From Clostridia bacterium (lineage in GTDB: Bacteria > Bacillota > Clostridia > UMGS1883), in assembly GCA_017414645.1 (NCBI GenBank), contig JAFQLL010000017.1, positions 6,057-70,056 of the forward strand: a stretch of DNA of 64,000 nucleotides. Direction: 5' to 3'. The notes below the pieces were generated by a model that did not search any database, was not told the origin of the DNA, and worked only from the letters and a program-made list of their open reading frames with translations. The first letter of the stretch is position 1. Each line of letters begins with the position of its first letter. Shown here piece after piece: positions 1-8,791 of the stretch. The position numbers and the translations under genes are program-made.

Positions 1-31
1 CTATCAGCAAGGCAATGAACGAAGTGATTAA

Positions 32-502
32 ATGAGAGAAGTAAATTTGTATACAGATGGTGCCTGCAGCGGCAACCCGGGCAAGGGTGGCTATGGAGCC
101 ATATTAACCTTTAACGGTCACGAAAAGGTCATGAGCGAGGGCTTTTTGCTTACAACCAATAACCGCATGGAGCTGCTTGCAGCAATTGTGGGGCTGGAGG
201 CCTTGAAGGAGCCCTGTAAGGTAACCTTATACAGCGACTCAAAGTACCTTGTTGATGCCATCAAAAACGGCTGGGTCTATGCCTGGAAAAACAAAGGCTG
301 GAAAAAGTCCGACGGCAAAAAGGCTCTTAACCCCGATTTGTGGGAGCGAATGCTCACTCAGCTTCGGGTTCATCAGGTGGAGCTTATCTGGCTTAAGGGC
401 CATGCAGGGCACGAGTATAACGAGCGTTGCGACAGCTTAGCGGTTGCGGCGTACAATTCATCAATCCTTAAACACGACGAGGTTTATGAAGCCTCTGTCT
501 GA
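32..502 (+). CDS. rnhA: Ribonuclease HI
   Basis: 156-aa ORF with YTDGACSGNPG near the N-terminus and GHAGHEYNERCD near the C-terminus, typical of type 1 RNase H. Confidence 0.9.
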   Translation: MREVNLYTDGACSGNPGKGGYGAILTFNGHEKVMSEGFLLTTNNRMELLAAIVGLEALKEPCKVTLYSDSKYLVDAIKNGWVYAWKNKGWKKSDGKKALNPDLWERMLTQLRVHQVELIWLKGHAGHEYNERCDSLAVAAYNSSILKHDEVYEASV

Positions 503-513
503 AAGAGGTAGGT

Positions 514-1056
514 ATGGCAAAGCTTTTAAATGTGGAACAAAAAGAACAAACAAAGAGAATTTTAATAAAGGGCATCATTCTGTTTTTTGCCCTTGTGGCT
601 GTTATAACAGCAGCGTTTATCCATCACCATTCCGAAAAGGTTGAAAAAAGCGAGCGCACCGAAGAGGTAAAGCTTTGCGTGCACGTAAAGGGTGCGGTGG
701 AAAAGAGCGGTGTGTATTACGTGCCCTACGGAACAAGGGTTCTTGACCTGGACTCTGTGGCAGGGGGCTTTCTGGCTTCTGCCGACCTTGACGGTATTAA
801 CCTTGCAGCATACTTAAAGGATGGGCAGGAGGTTTACATTCCCTATAAAGGCTCAAAAGAGACCGGTGCCTATAACCTTAATACTGTCTCGGTTGAGGAG
901 CTTGTGGAAAACGTAGAGGGCATTGGCGAAACCTACGCAAATAAGATTGTTTCCTACCGTGAAGGTAAGGGCAGGTTCAATTCTGTAAACGAGCTTAAAA
1001 CAATCCTTAGCGAATCGACCTACGAAAAGGTAAGAGAAAAATTCTACGTCGAGTAA
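514..1056 (+). CDS. comEA: ComEA-family helix-hairpin-helix DNA-binding (competence) protein
   Basis: N-terminal TM helix and C-terminal HhH region (GIGETYANKIVSYREGKGRFNSVNEL); RBS AGAGG upstream. Confidence 0.8.
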   Translation: MAKLLNVEQKEQTKRILIKGIILFFALVAVITAAFIHHHSEKVEKSERTEEVKLCVHVKGAVEKSGVYYVPYGTRVLDLDSVAGGFLASADLDGINLAAYLKDGQEVYIPYKGSKETGAYNLNTVSVEELVENVEGIGETYANKIVSYREGKGRFNSVNELKTILSESTYEKVREKFYVE

Positions 1057-1074
1057 CAAAAACCCGAAGAAGCT

Positions 1075-1713
1075 TCAGGCCTTCTTCGGGTTTTTCTTCG
1101 GGCAGAAATCTGTCGCCGGGCATTTTTCGCAGTATGCCTTTCGTGCTGTGCATATATCCCTGCCGAAAAGCACCAGTCTGTGGCAAAAGTCCGACTGCAT
1201 GTTTGTAGGGATAAGGGGTGTTGTTTCCATTTCAACCTGAGTGGGGTCGGTTTTTGTTGTAAGCCCCATGCGGTATAAAATGCGCTTTGCATGGGTGTCA
1301 ATAACCATGCCGCCTTTTTTATAAACATCACCTAATATGAGGTTGGCGGTTTTTCTGCCAACGCCTGCAAGCTTTAACAGCTCCTCCATGCTGTCGGGAA
1401 CAGCACCGTTGTAGTCCTCCAACAATTGCTCGGCACATTTAATAAGGTTCTTTGCCTTGTTGTGGTAAAAGCCACAGGGCTTTATGAGCCTTTCAACCTC
1501 TTCAAGTGGGGCAGATGCCATTGCTTTTGCATCCGGGTAAGCTGCAAATAGGGCAGGGGTTGTAAGGTTAACCCTCGCATCGGTGCATTGAGCTGACAAT
1601 TGAACTGCACATAAAAGCTGGAAAGGGTCTTTATATTCCAAAGAACAGATTGCATCGGGGTAAAGCTTTTCCAAAGCATTGGCAAATGCTAACGCACGCT
1701 CTTTTTTTCGCAT
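1075..1713 (-). CDS. nth: Endonuclease III (DNA glycosylase/AP lyase)
   Basis: HhH-GPD motif LKLAGVGRKTANLILGD and C-terminal Cys cluster (CTARKAYCEKCPATDFC). Confidence 0.9.
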   Translation of the reverse strand: MRKKERALAFANALEKLYPDAICSLEYKDPFQLLCAVQLSAQCTDARVNLTTPALFAAYPDAKAMASAPLEEVERLIKPCGFYHNKAKNLIKCAEQLLEDYNGAVPDSMEELLKLAGVGRKTANLILGDVYKKGGMVIDTHAKRILYRMGLTTKTDPTQVEMETTPLIPTNMQSDFCHRLVLFGRDICTARKAYCEKCPATDFCPKKNPKKA

Positions 1714-1791
1714 AATAATAACTCCTTATTTATGGTTTCGGATGGTTTAACCGCAAAATTAAAATCTTAACTACATATTAGCACAAAAAGC

Positions 1792-1820
1792 TTGCAATTT
1801 AAAGAAAAAAATTATATAAT
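1792..1820 (+). promoter_or_regulatory. SigA-type promoter of glyA (TTGCAA-17-TATAAT)
   Basis: Hexamers read directly, 17-nt spacer, 33 nt upstream of the glyA ATG. Confidence 0.6.
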
Positions 1821-1852
1821 GATTTTGTATTTTTTTTCAAAGGAGAATTGTC

Positions 1853-3085
1853 ATGGAATTTAACAGAGTGAAGAATGCTGACGTAGAGTTATACGAGGCT
1901 ATGAGCCGCGAAATTAACCGTCAGAAGAACAAAATTGAATTAATCGCTTCCGAAAACTTTGTTTCCGAAGCTGTTATGGAGGCTATGGGCAGCCCCCTCA
2001 CAAATAAATATGCTGAAGGCTATCCCGGTAAGAGATATTACGGCGGTTGCGAATATGTTGACGAGGTTGAAACCATCGCCATTGAAAGAGCAAAGGCGCT
2101 CTTTGGTGCAGAGCATGCAAACGTTCAGCCCCACAGTGGTGCACAGGCTAACATGGCTGTGTTCTTTGCCGTTCTTAACCCCGGCGACACAGTTTTATCT
2201 ATGAGCCTTGCTCACGGCGGTCACCTTTCTCATGGTAGCCCTGTTAACATGAGCGGTAAGTACTTTAACATTGTGCCCTACGGCGTAACAGAAGAAAACC
2301 AGACAATTGACTACGAAGAAATCCGTCGTCTTGCATTGGAATGTAAGCCCAAGCTTATCTTAGCAGGTGCAAGTGCATATTCAAGAGAAATTGACTTTAA
2401 GAAGTTTAGTGAAATTGCAAAGGAAGTTGGCGCATATTTCATGGTTGACATGGCGCACATTGCAGGCTTGGTTGCTGCAGGCGTTCATCCTTCTCCCGTG
2501 CCCTATGCCGACTTTGTTACAACAACAACCCACAAAACACTCCGCGGTCCCCGTGGTGGTCTTATCCTTTGTAAGGAAGAGCATGCAAAGGCTGTTAACA
2601 AGGCAGTTTTCCCCGGCATTCAGGGTGGCCCCTTAATGCACGTTATCGCCGCAAAGGCAGTTTGCTTCAAGGAAGCTGCAAGCGACGAATTCAAGGCTTA
2701 TCAGCGCCAGATTGCTAAAAACGCAAAGGCACTCAGTGAAGCTCTTCTTGCTAAAGGCTTTGACCTTGTTTCCGGCGGCACCGACAACCACCTCATGCTT
2801 GTTGACCTTCGTCCCTTCAAGGTTACAGGTAAGGAATACGAGCACCGTCTTGACGAGGTTGGTATTACAGTTAACAAAAATGCAATTCCCTTCGACCCCG
2901 AAAAGCCCGGCGTAACAAGCGGTATCCGTGTTGGTACACCTGCTGTTACAACACGTGGTCTCAAGGAAGAAGACATGGTTGAAATTGCAGAATTAATGTA
3001 TCTCACAATTGCAGAGTTTGACACAAAGCAGGACGAAATCCGTGCAAGAGTAAAGGCTCTTTGTGACAAATATCCTTTGTATTAA
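1853..3085 (+). CDS. glyA: Serine hydroxymethyltransferase
   Basis: 410 aa; PLP-lysine motif [14 protein letters not shown]; full-length SHMT layout. Confidence 0.97.
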   Translation: MEFNRVKNADVELYEAMSREINRQKNKIELIASENFVSEAVMEAMGSPLTNKYAEGYPGKRYYGGCEYVDEVETIAIERAKALFGAEHANVQPHSGAQANMAVFFAVLNPGDTVLSMSLAHGGHLSHGSPVNMSGKYFNIVPYGVTEENQTIDYEEIRRLALECKPKLILAGASAYSREIDFKKFSEIAKEVGAYFMVDMAHIAGLVAAGVHPSPVPYADFVTTTTHKTLRGPRGGLILCKEEHAKAVNKAVFPGIQGGPLMHVIAAKAVCFKEAASDEFKAYQRQIAKNAKALSEALLAKGFDLVSGGTDNHLMLVDLRPFKVTGKEYEHRLDEVGITVNKNAIPFDPEKPGVTSGIRVGTPAVTTRGLKEEDMVEIAELMYLTIAEFDTKQDEIRARVKALCDKYPLY

Positions 3086-3117
3086 AAAGCTCTGCTTTTT
3101 AATACAGTGCAGAAGTG

Positions 3118-3284
3118 GTGAAGTTTTTGCTTATGCAAAAGTGAAGTTGTTCGTTTCACTCACAGTGAAGTTTTTATTGCATAAAAGTGAAGTTAAGTTT
3201 GAACTTCGGCGTAAGCCGAAACTTCACTCGCGAAGTGAACTTCACTATCGAAGATAACTTCGCTTGCCGACAGGCAAACTTAGT
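3118..3284 (+). repeat. GTGAAGTT/AACTTCAC 'ladder' element, copy 1 (candidate structured 3'-UTR RNA)
   Basis: Four GTGAAGTT at 3118, 3141, 3165 and 3187. Central hairpin TTCGGC-GTAA-GCCGAA. Complements AACTTCAC at 3220 and 3238, degenerate at 3256 and 3277. Small side hairpins lie between octamers. A second copy is at 21515-21683. Confidence 0.75.
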
Positions 3285-3313
3285 TGTCAGCAGAGCTGAC
3301 AGAGGTGATTTTT

Positions 3314-4570
3314 ATGAGCAGTCCTTTGGCAGACAGAATACGTCCTGACAGCCTGGATTTGGTTGTAGGTCAGCATCATTTGCTGGGCGAAGGAAAGGTA
3401 TTACGCAACATTCTTGAATCGGGTAACATTCCTAACATGATTTTTTACGGCCCCAGCGGTGTTGGCAAAACAACCGTTGCAAACATTGCGGCAAAAAGGG
3501 CAAACAAGCGTCTTTTCAAGCTCAATGCAACAACTGCCTCCGTTGCCGATGTAAAGCATGTTGTAGAGGAGTCCGAAACACTTTTCGGCACAGACGGTGT
3601 GCTTTTATATCTGGACGAAATACAGAACTTTAATAAAAAACAGCAGCAAAGCCTTCTGGAATGCATTGAAAACGGCAAGGTTACCCTCATTGCATCAACT
3701 ACCGAAAACCCCTATTTTTATGTATATAACGCCATTTTGTCACGTTGTACAGTGTTCGAATTCGAGCCTGTTGGCCCCAAGGACATTTGCGAGGCAATTG
3801 ACAGAGCAACCCATCTTTTAGGCGAGGGCGTTGTAATAGAAAATGATGCAAAGGAGCATATTGCAAATACCTGTTCTGGCGACGTGAGAAAGGCTCTTAA
3901 CACTCTTGAGGTTGCATCTCTTACAGCAAAGGCAGACGAGAGTGGCAAGCGCTTGATTACCTTAGACATAATTGAACAGGCAACAAGAAAAAAAGCCTTC
4001 CGCCACGACCGTGACGGCGACGACCACTACGACGTTTTGTCCGCTTTCCAGAAGTCTGTACGAGGAAGCGACCCCGACGCGGCACTTCACTACATGGCGC
4101 GCCTTTTAACAGCAGGGGACCTGCAAAGCGTAACAAGGCGCATTCTTGTTATGGCAGCCGAAGACATTGGTCTTGCGTACCCTAACGCAATTGTAATAAC
4201 AAAGGCATGCGTTGATGCGGCGCTGCAGCTTGGTCTGCCCGAAGCACGCATCCCTCTTGCCGAAGCTGTTATAATGCTGGCAACTGCGCCGAAGTCAAAC
4301 AGTGCAATCTGCGCTATCGATGCTGCCATGGCAGACATAGCCTCCTCCGACACAGGCGAGGTGCCTTATCACTTAAAGGACAGCCACTATAAAGGTGCTG
4401 AAAAGCTTGGCCATGGTCAGGGCTATAAATATCCTCATTCTTATCCTAACCACTATGTGCCACAGCAATATCTGCCCGACAAAATTAAAAACAAAAAATA
4501 CTACACCTATGGCGACAACAAGATGGAGCAGGCAACTGAAAACTATTGGAAGAGTGTAAAAGGAAAATAG
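3314..4570 (+). CDS. rarA: Replication-associated recombination protein A (AAA ATPase)
   Basis: Walker A GPSGVGKTT and an MgsA/RarA-type C-terminal domain. Start set at ATG 3314 behind RBS AGAGGTG; the track ORF begins at an upstream TTG. Stops at TAG 4568-4570. Confidence 0.92.
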   Translation: MSSPLADRIRPDSLDLVVGQHHLLGEGKVLRNILESGNIPNMIFYGPSGVGKTTVANIAAKRANKRLFKLNATTASVADVKHVVEESETLFGTDGVLLYLDEIQNFNKKQQQSLLECIENGKVTLIASTTENPYFYVYNAILSRCTVFEFEPVGPKDICEAIDRATHLLGEGVVIENDAKEHIANTCSGDVRKALNTLEVASLTAKADESGKRLITLDIIEQATRKKAFRHDRDGDDHYDVLSAFQKSVRGSDPDAALHYMARLLTAGDLQSVTRRILVMAAEDIGLAYPNAIVITKACVDAALQLGLPEARIPLAEAVIMLATAPKSNSAICAIDAAMADIASSDTGEVPYHLKDSHYKGAEKLGHGQGYKYPHSYPNHYVPQQYLPDKIKNKKYYTYGDNKMEQATENYWKSVKGK

Positions 4571-4760
4571 TTGTAGGGACCGACGTCCTCGGCGGTCCGT
4601 GAGCAAAGCGTTTTTGCCCATTTGGAAAAATATAGACAAATGCAGACAGCATAAAAAAATCCTCCCGGGACTATGCGCCTTCTCCTTTGAGGAGAAGGTG
4701 TCAGCAAAGCTGACGGATGAGGTGTACCCACAAAGTGGAAAATATAAAAGAGAGTAAAAA

Positions 4761-4790
4761 GCATAAAAAAATCCTCACGGGGAAAGATTT
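4761..4790 (+). promoter_or_regulatory. Forespore sigma (SigF/SigG)-type promoter of sigG: GCATA-15-GGAAAGATTT
   Basis: Matches the GCATA / GGnRAnAnTW pattern with a 15-nt spacer, ~30 nt upstream of the sigG ATG. Confidence 0.55.
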
Positions 4791-4821
4791 TAATATATCT
4801 TTCTTTCGGAGGATTTTTTAA

Positions 4822-5586
4822 ATGAATAAAGTAGAAATATGTGGCGTAAATACATCGAAATTGCCTGTGCTTACCCAAAAGGAAAAACAGGCACTTTTTG
4901 AAAAAATCAAACAGGGGGACATGAAGGCAAGGGAGGAATTCATAACAGGCAACCTAAGGCTTGTATTAAGCATAATAGGCCGCTTTGCCTCCCGTGGCGA
5001 AAACCCCGACGACTTGTTTCAGGTTGGTTGCGTGGGGCTAATAAAGGCTCTTGACAATTTCGACACAGAGCAGGGGGTACAGTTTTCAACCTATGCTGTG
5101 CCCATGATAATTGGCGAAATAAGAAGATATTTGCGTGATTATAATTCAATCCGTGTTTCCCGAAGTGTGCGTGACACAGCCTACCGCGCCTTGCAGGTAA
5201 AGGAAAGGCTCATTAACCTTTACGGCAAGGAGCCAACCATTGAACAGATTGCAAAGGAGCTTGAAAAGCCCAAGGAGGAAATTGTTTTTGCATTGGATGC
5301 CATAAGCGAGCCTGTAAGCCTGTTTGAGCCTGTTTACCACGACGGCGGCGACACCTGCTTCATTATGGACCAGCTGTCCGACGAAAAGAACGACGAAGCC
5401 TGGATTGAGCACATTGTTTTAAAAGAGGCTATGGAGCACCTTAACGAAAAGGAGCGCCAGATTCTTGACTTAAGGTTTTTTGCAGGCAGAACACAAACCG
5501 AGGTTGCCGAGGAAATAGGCATAAGCCAGGCACAGGTATCAAGGCTTGAAAAAAGCGCAATAAAGCACATGAGGAAATATGTTTGA
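4822..5586 (+). CDS. sigG: Sporulation sigma factor SigG
   Basis: NKVEICGV...SKLPVL N-terminus, GNLRLVLS, FSTYAVPMIIGEIRRYLRD and GISQAQVSRLEK are collinear with B. subtilis SigG. Confidence 0.93.
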   Translation: MNKVEICGVNTSKLPVLTQKEKQALFEKIKQGDMKAREEFITGNLRLVLSIIGRFASRGENPDDLFQVGCVGLIKALDNFDTEQGVQFSTYAVPMIIGEIRRYLRDYNSIRVSRSVRDTAYRALQVKERLINLYGKEPTIEQIAKELEKPKEEIVFALDAISEPVSLFEPVYHDGGDTCFIMDQLSDEKNDEAWIEHIVLKEAMEHLNEKERQILDLRFFAGRTQTEVAEEIGISQAQVSRLEKSAIKHMRKYV

Positions 5587-5855
5587 AAAACCTTATGGTT
5601 TTTCAAACGCGATATATTTTGCAGGCAAAATGCGATATAACAAAAGGGACATCTGATGATGTCCCTTTTGTTGCGATATGTGCTCCGCACGCAATATGTT
5701 TTGCTTTGCAAAACGTAATTTTAAATTTATATCAAAAAAATTGCGTCAAAACTGCGTCATTTTTACTATTAAAAAGGGTATTACGTTATAATGTAATTGT
5801 CATTAACGATGACTCCATGTTGCGACACAGTGGAAATGAATCAGAGGCACAAGAC

Positions 5856-5886
5856 AAAACCGAACGGAATAGTTCCGTTCGGTTTT
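5856..5886. terminator. Bidirectional rho-independent terminator
   Basis: AAAACCGAACGGAATAGTTCCGTTCGGTTTT hairpin flanked by A and T runs. Confidence 0.7.
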
Positions 5887-5891
5887 GTCTG

Positions 5892-6782
5892 TTATATCCC
5901 ACTTAAATCAAACTCGGGTATAAAGCTTTCCTTTGCGGTGCCGCCCTGTTGGATAACTGCGTTTTTAATTCCCAAGTGCATTGCATATTCAACAAGTGAT
6001 TTATACTCGTAATCTGTTACAGTGCGGTTTAAATTTTCATATTCATGCTTTTTAATTGGTGTGTACTGGTTCATAAGGCTTATATAAATATTATCGCCAT
6101 AGGTTTCAAAAAGGTATTTCACAATCATTTTTGTTTCAATAAGGTGGTCGGGAAGTAGCAGCACACGCACAATCACGCCCTTTGTCATAAGAGAGCTTTC
6201 AAAGGTGGGGGATGGGGCAATTTTAACCATTTCACCTAAAGCAGCCTTTGCAAAGCTCACATAGTTTTCCGCATTGGAATACTTTTTAGCAGTTTCGGGC
6301 TTTATATATTTAAAGTCCGTCAGGAAAATGTCGACAGTGTCCTTTAAAAGTGCAACGGTTTCAGCCTTTTCGTAGCCTGAGGTGTTATAAACAACAGGAA
6401 TTGTAAGCCCTTTTTCTTTAGCCTCTTTTATGCCTTCAATAACATGGGGCACATAGTGCGTTGGTGTTACAAGGTTAATGTTATGTGCGCCTTTTTGTTG
6501 CAGGGCGATGCATGCTTTGGCAAATTTATCTATTGAAACTACTTTGCCACCCTCATTGTGGGCAATGGCATAGTTCTGGCAGTAAATGCACTTAAGGCTG
6601 CAGCCTCGGAAAAACACCGTGCCCGAGCCATTTGTGCCCGATATGCAAGGCTCCTCCCACTCATGCAGTGCAGCACGTGTAAGGTTAAGATAAGCTCCTT
6701 CACCGCAATAGCCTTTATTTTCGTTTCTGTTTACTTTACATTCTCTTGGGCAGAGACTGCAGCTTTCATACAGGTTGAGCAT
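5892..6782 (-). CDS. Radical SAM protein (activating-enzyme-like)
   Basis: CSLKCIYCQN (CxxxCxxC) cluster motif plus an N-terminal extra Cys motif CSLCPRECKV. Confidence 0.8.
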   Translation of the reverse strand: MLNLYESCSLCPRECKVNRNENKGYCGEGAYLNLTRAALHEWEEPCISGTNGSGTVFFRGCSLKCIYCQNYAIAHNEGGKVVSIDKFAKACIALQQKGAHNINLVTPTHYVPHVIEGIKEAKEKGLTIPVVYNTSGYEKAETVALLKDTVDIFLTDFKYIKPETAKKYSNAENYVSFAKAALGEMVKIAPSPTFESSLMTKGVIVRVLLLPDHLIETKMIVKYLFETYGDNIYISLMNQYTPIKKHEYENLNRTVTDYEYKSLVEYAMHLGIKNAVIQQGGTAKESFIPEFDLSGI

Positions 6783-6791
6783 AGTTAAACC

Positions 6792-7655
6792 TCATTTTTC
6801 AGCAGTCCACACATAGTCGCCCTTTTCGCCCTTTGTTGTGCAAATAAGGGTGCCGTCAATATCTGTGCGGTATATTGTTATATCATCGTTTTCAAGCTTT
6901 TCAAGGGTTTCGTAATGGGGGTGACCATAGTCGTTACCTTCGCCGCAGGAAATAACCGCATACATGGGGTCAACTCTTTTCAAAAAACTGTCCGATGTAG
7001 AGGTTGATGAGCCGTGGTGACCAACCGACAGCACATCTGCAGACACATCTGCGGTAATGTCGTTTTCGCTTTCAGCCTCCGCATCGGCGGTAAAGAGGAA
7101 GGATGCATCCTTGTAGGTAAGGCGAATAACAATGCTCATATTGTTTAAATCCTCGTAGTTTTTTACCGGTGCCACAACCTCCATTTTAAGAATGCCATCG
7201 TCGTAAAGCACCATGGGCGCAGCTGTTATAACCGCTTCAATGCCCTTATTGGAAAGCGCCTTTTCCACATCGCGATAGCTCTTTGTGTCGTTAGTTGCAT
7301 CGGGCATAAAAACATTGCCGATTTCATAACGTTTAATTACATAGTCCAATGCGCCAATATGGTCCTCGTGGGGGTGTGTGCCTACAAGATAGTCAATTTT
7401 TTGTATGCCCAGCTTGTCAAAATAAGGGCGGATAATGCCTGCATCGTCGTTGTTGCCTGCGTCTATCATCATAACCTGCCCTGTGGGAAGAAAAACAAGC
7501 TGACAGTCAGCCTGACCAACGTCAATAAAATGAACCTCCAATGTATCTGTTATGTGCTCAAGCCCATCGGGGAAAGATTGCTCGTTTTCTGTGGGGGCAG
7601 AGCATGCACAAAGCATGAGAATTGTAACAAGAACTAAAAGTAAGCTTTTTTTCAT
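6792..7655 (-). CDS. MBL-fold metallo-hydrolase lipoprotein (ComEC C-terminal domain-like)
   Basis: Lipobox LMLCAC; HPHEDHIG metal motif; SVGHHGS. Confidence 0.8.
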   Translation of the reverse strand: MKKSLLLVLVTILMLCACSAPTENEQSFPDGLEHITDTLEVHFIDVGQADCQLVFLPTGQVMMIDAGNNDDAGIIRPYFDKLGIQKIDYLVGTHPHEDHIGALDYVIKRYEIGNVFMPDATNDTKSYRDVEKALSNKGIEAVITAAPMVLYDDGILKMEVVAPVKNYEDLNNMSIVIRLTYKDASFLFTADAEAESENDITADVSADVLSVGHHGSSTSTSDSFLKRVDPMYAVISCGEGNDYGHPHYETLEKLENDDITIYRTDIDGTLICTTKGEKGDYVWTAEK

Positions 7656-7710
7656 TTAACGCACATCCTTTCGAAAATATTATATATCAGTATAAAGAAT
7701 TTGTCAAAAA

Positions 7711-7725
7711 CAATAATTATTATTG
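7711..7725. promoter_or_regulatory. Fur/PerR-box-like 7-1-7 palindrome CAATAATTATTATTG
   Basis: Perfect inverted repeat just upstream of TTGCAT-17-TATAAT, in front of the Fur-family gene. Confidence 0.55.
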
Positions 7726-7798
7726 CATTTAAAAGCGTTGTATGGTATAATAGCTGTGTGTAACTATGTTTACAAGTAAGTTGAAGGAGGTGCCTTGC

Positions 7799-8179
7799 AT
7801 GGCTACTACAAAGCACAGTAAGCAGAGAGATGCTTTGATTGCAATCCTGCAGTCTACAGACACTCATCCTACAGCAGAATGGGTTTACGAAAAAATGCGT
7901 GAACAGTTTCCCAATGTGTCGTTGGCAACAGTGTACAGAAACCTTAAGCACATGATTGAAATCGGCATTGCAAAAGAGCTCTATACCGACAATTCCTCAA
8001 GGTTCGATGCCAATATGAGCGAGCACTATCATTTTGTGTGCAAAAAGTGCAACCGCCTTATTGACATTTTCCCGGATAAGGAATTTTGCGAAACAGAGCG
8101 CATGAAGAGCATGGGCTTCACAATTGACCATTACGATTTGTCAATGTACGGCTTATGCAAGGACTGCTCGGGTAAGTAA
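7799..8179 (+). CDS. Fur-family metalloregulator (Fur/PerR/Zur-like)
   Basis: HPTAEWVYEKM DNA-binding region and two CxxC pairs (CKKCNRL, CKDC). Start set at ATG 7799 behind AGGAGG. Confidence 0.85.
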   Translation: MATTKHSKQRDALIAILQSTDTHPTAEWVYEKMREQFPNVSLATVYRNLKHMIEIGIAKELYTDNSSRFDANMSEHYHFVCKKCNRLIDIFPDKEFCETERMKSMGFTIDHYDLSMYGLCKDCSGK

Positions 8180-8180
8180 T

Positions 8181-8777
8181 ATGCGTATACTCGTTACTGC
8201 ATTTGACCCCTTCGGAGGGATAGATACAAACTCGTCAATGCTGGTATTAGATGCCATCAATACTAACATTGGCGACATTCAGATTAAAAAGCTTATAATA
8301 CCCACGGCTTACGGTGAATGTGCCCGCCTTGCATGGGAGGAGGCAATGCGCTTTAATGCAGATGCAATTCTTTCTCTTGGTCAGGCAGGGGGCAGGAGCG
8401 CTGTAACCGCTGAGGTTATCGGCATAAATTATGCCTGTGCGAATATGGCAGACAATAACGGCGTTAAAAAGTGCGGCGAAAGGCTTTTTGACGGCGGCAA
8501 AGCGGCGTACTTTGCAACTCTTCCTGTTGAAAAAATGGTGGAGTGGGCAAAGGATAGCGGCTTTAAAGCAGAATTAAGCCTGTCGGCAGGAGGGTTTGTT
8601 TGTAACAGCCTTCTCTACACTCTTCTTAAAAACGCCCATGAAGCCGACAACGGCATGCTGGTTGGTTTTGTGCATCTGCCCTACGAGGCAAGCCAGAATA
8701 GAGACGGTTTTTCCATGACTAAAGAAGAAATGGCACTATGCGTTGAAGAAATGATTAAGGCTATTAATAACATTTGA
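8181..8777 (+). CDS. pcp: Pyroglutamyl-peptidase I
   Basis: MRILVTAFDPFGG N-terminus, and the GFVCN / FVHLP catalytic Cys/His context. Confidence 0.88.
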   Translation: MRILVTAFDPFGGIDTNSSMLVLDAINTNIGDIQIKKLIIPTAYGECARLAWEEAMRFNADAILSLGQAGGRSAVTAEVIGINYACANMADNNGVKKCGERLFDGGKAAYFATLPVEKMVEWAKDSGFKAELSLSAGGFVCNSLLYTLLKNAHEADNGMLVGFVHLPYEASQNRDGFSMTKEEMALCVEEMIKAINNI

Positions 8778-8791
8778 AAGGATCTGACAAT

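Noticed and set aside
4543-4878. 111-aa minus-strand ORF spanning the rarA-sigG intergenic region
   Set aside because: It overlaps the ends of both flanking genes and the sigG promoter, and has no RBS or recognisable motifs.
8778-8791. Expected glmS ribozyme upstream of glmS
   Set aside because: Only 14 nt separate the pcp stop from the glmS ATG, so there is no room for the ~170-nt ribozyme. glmS appears to be co-transcribed with pcp.
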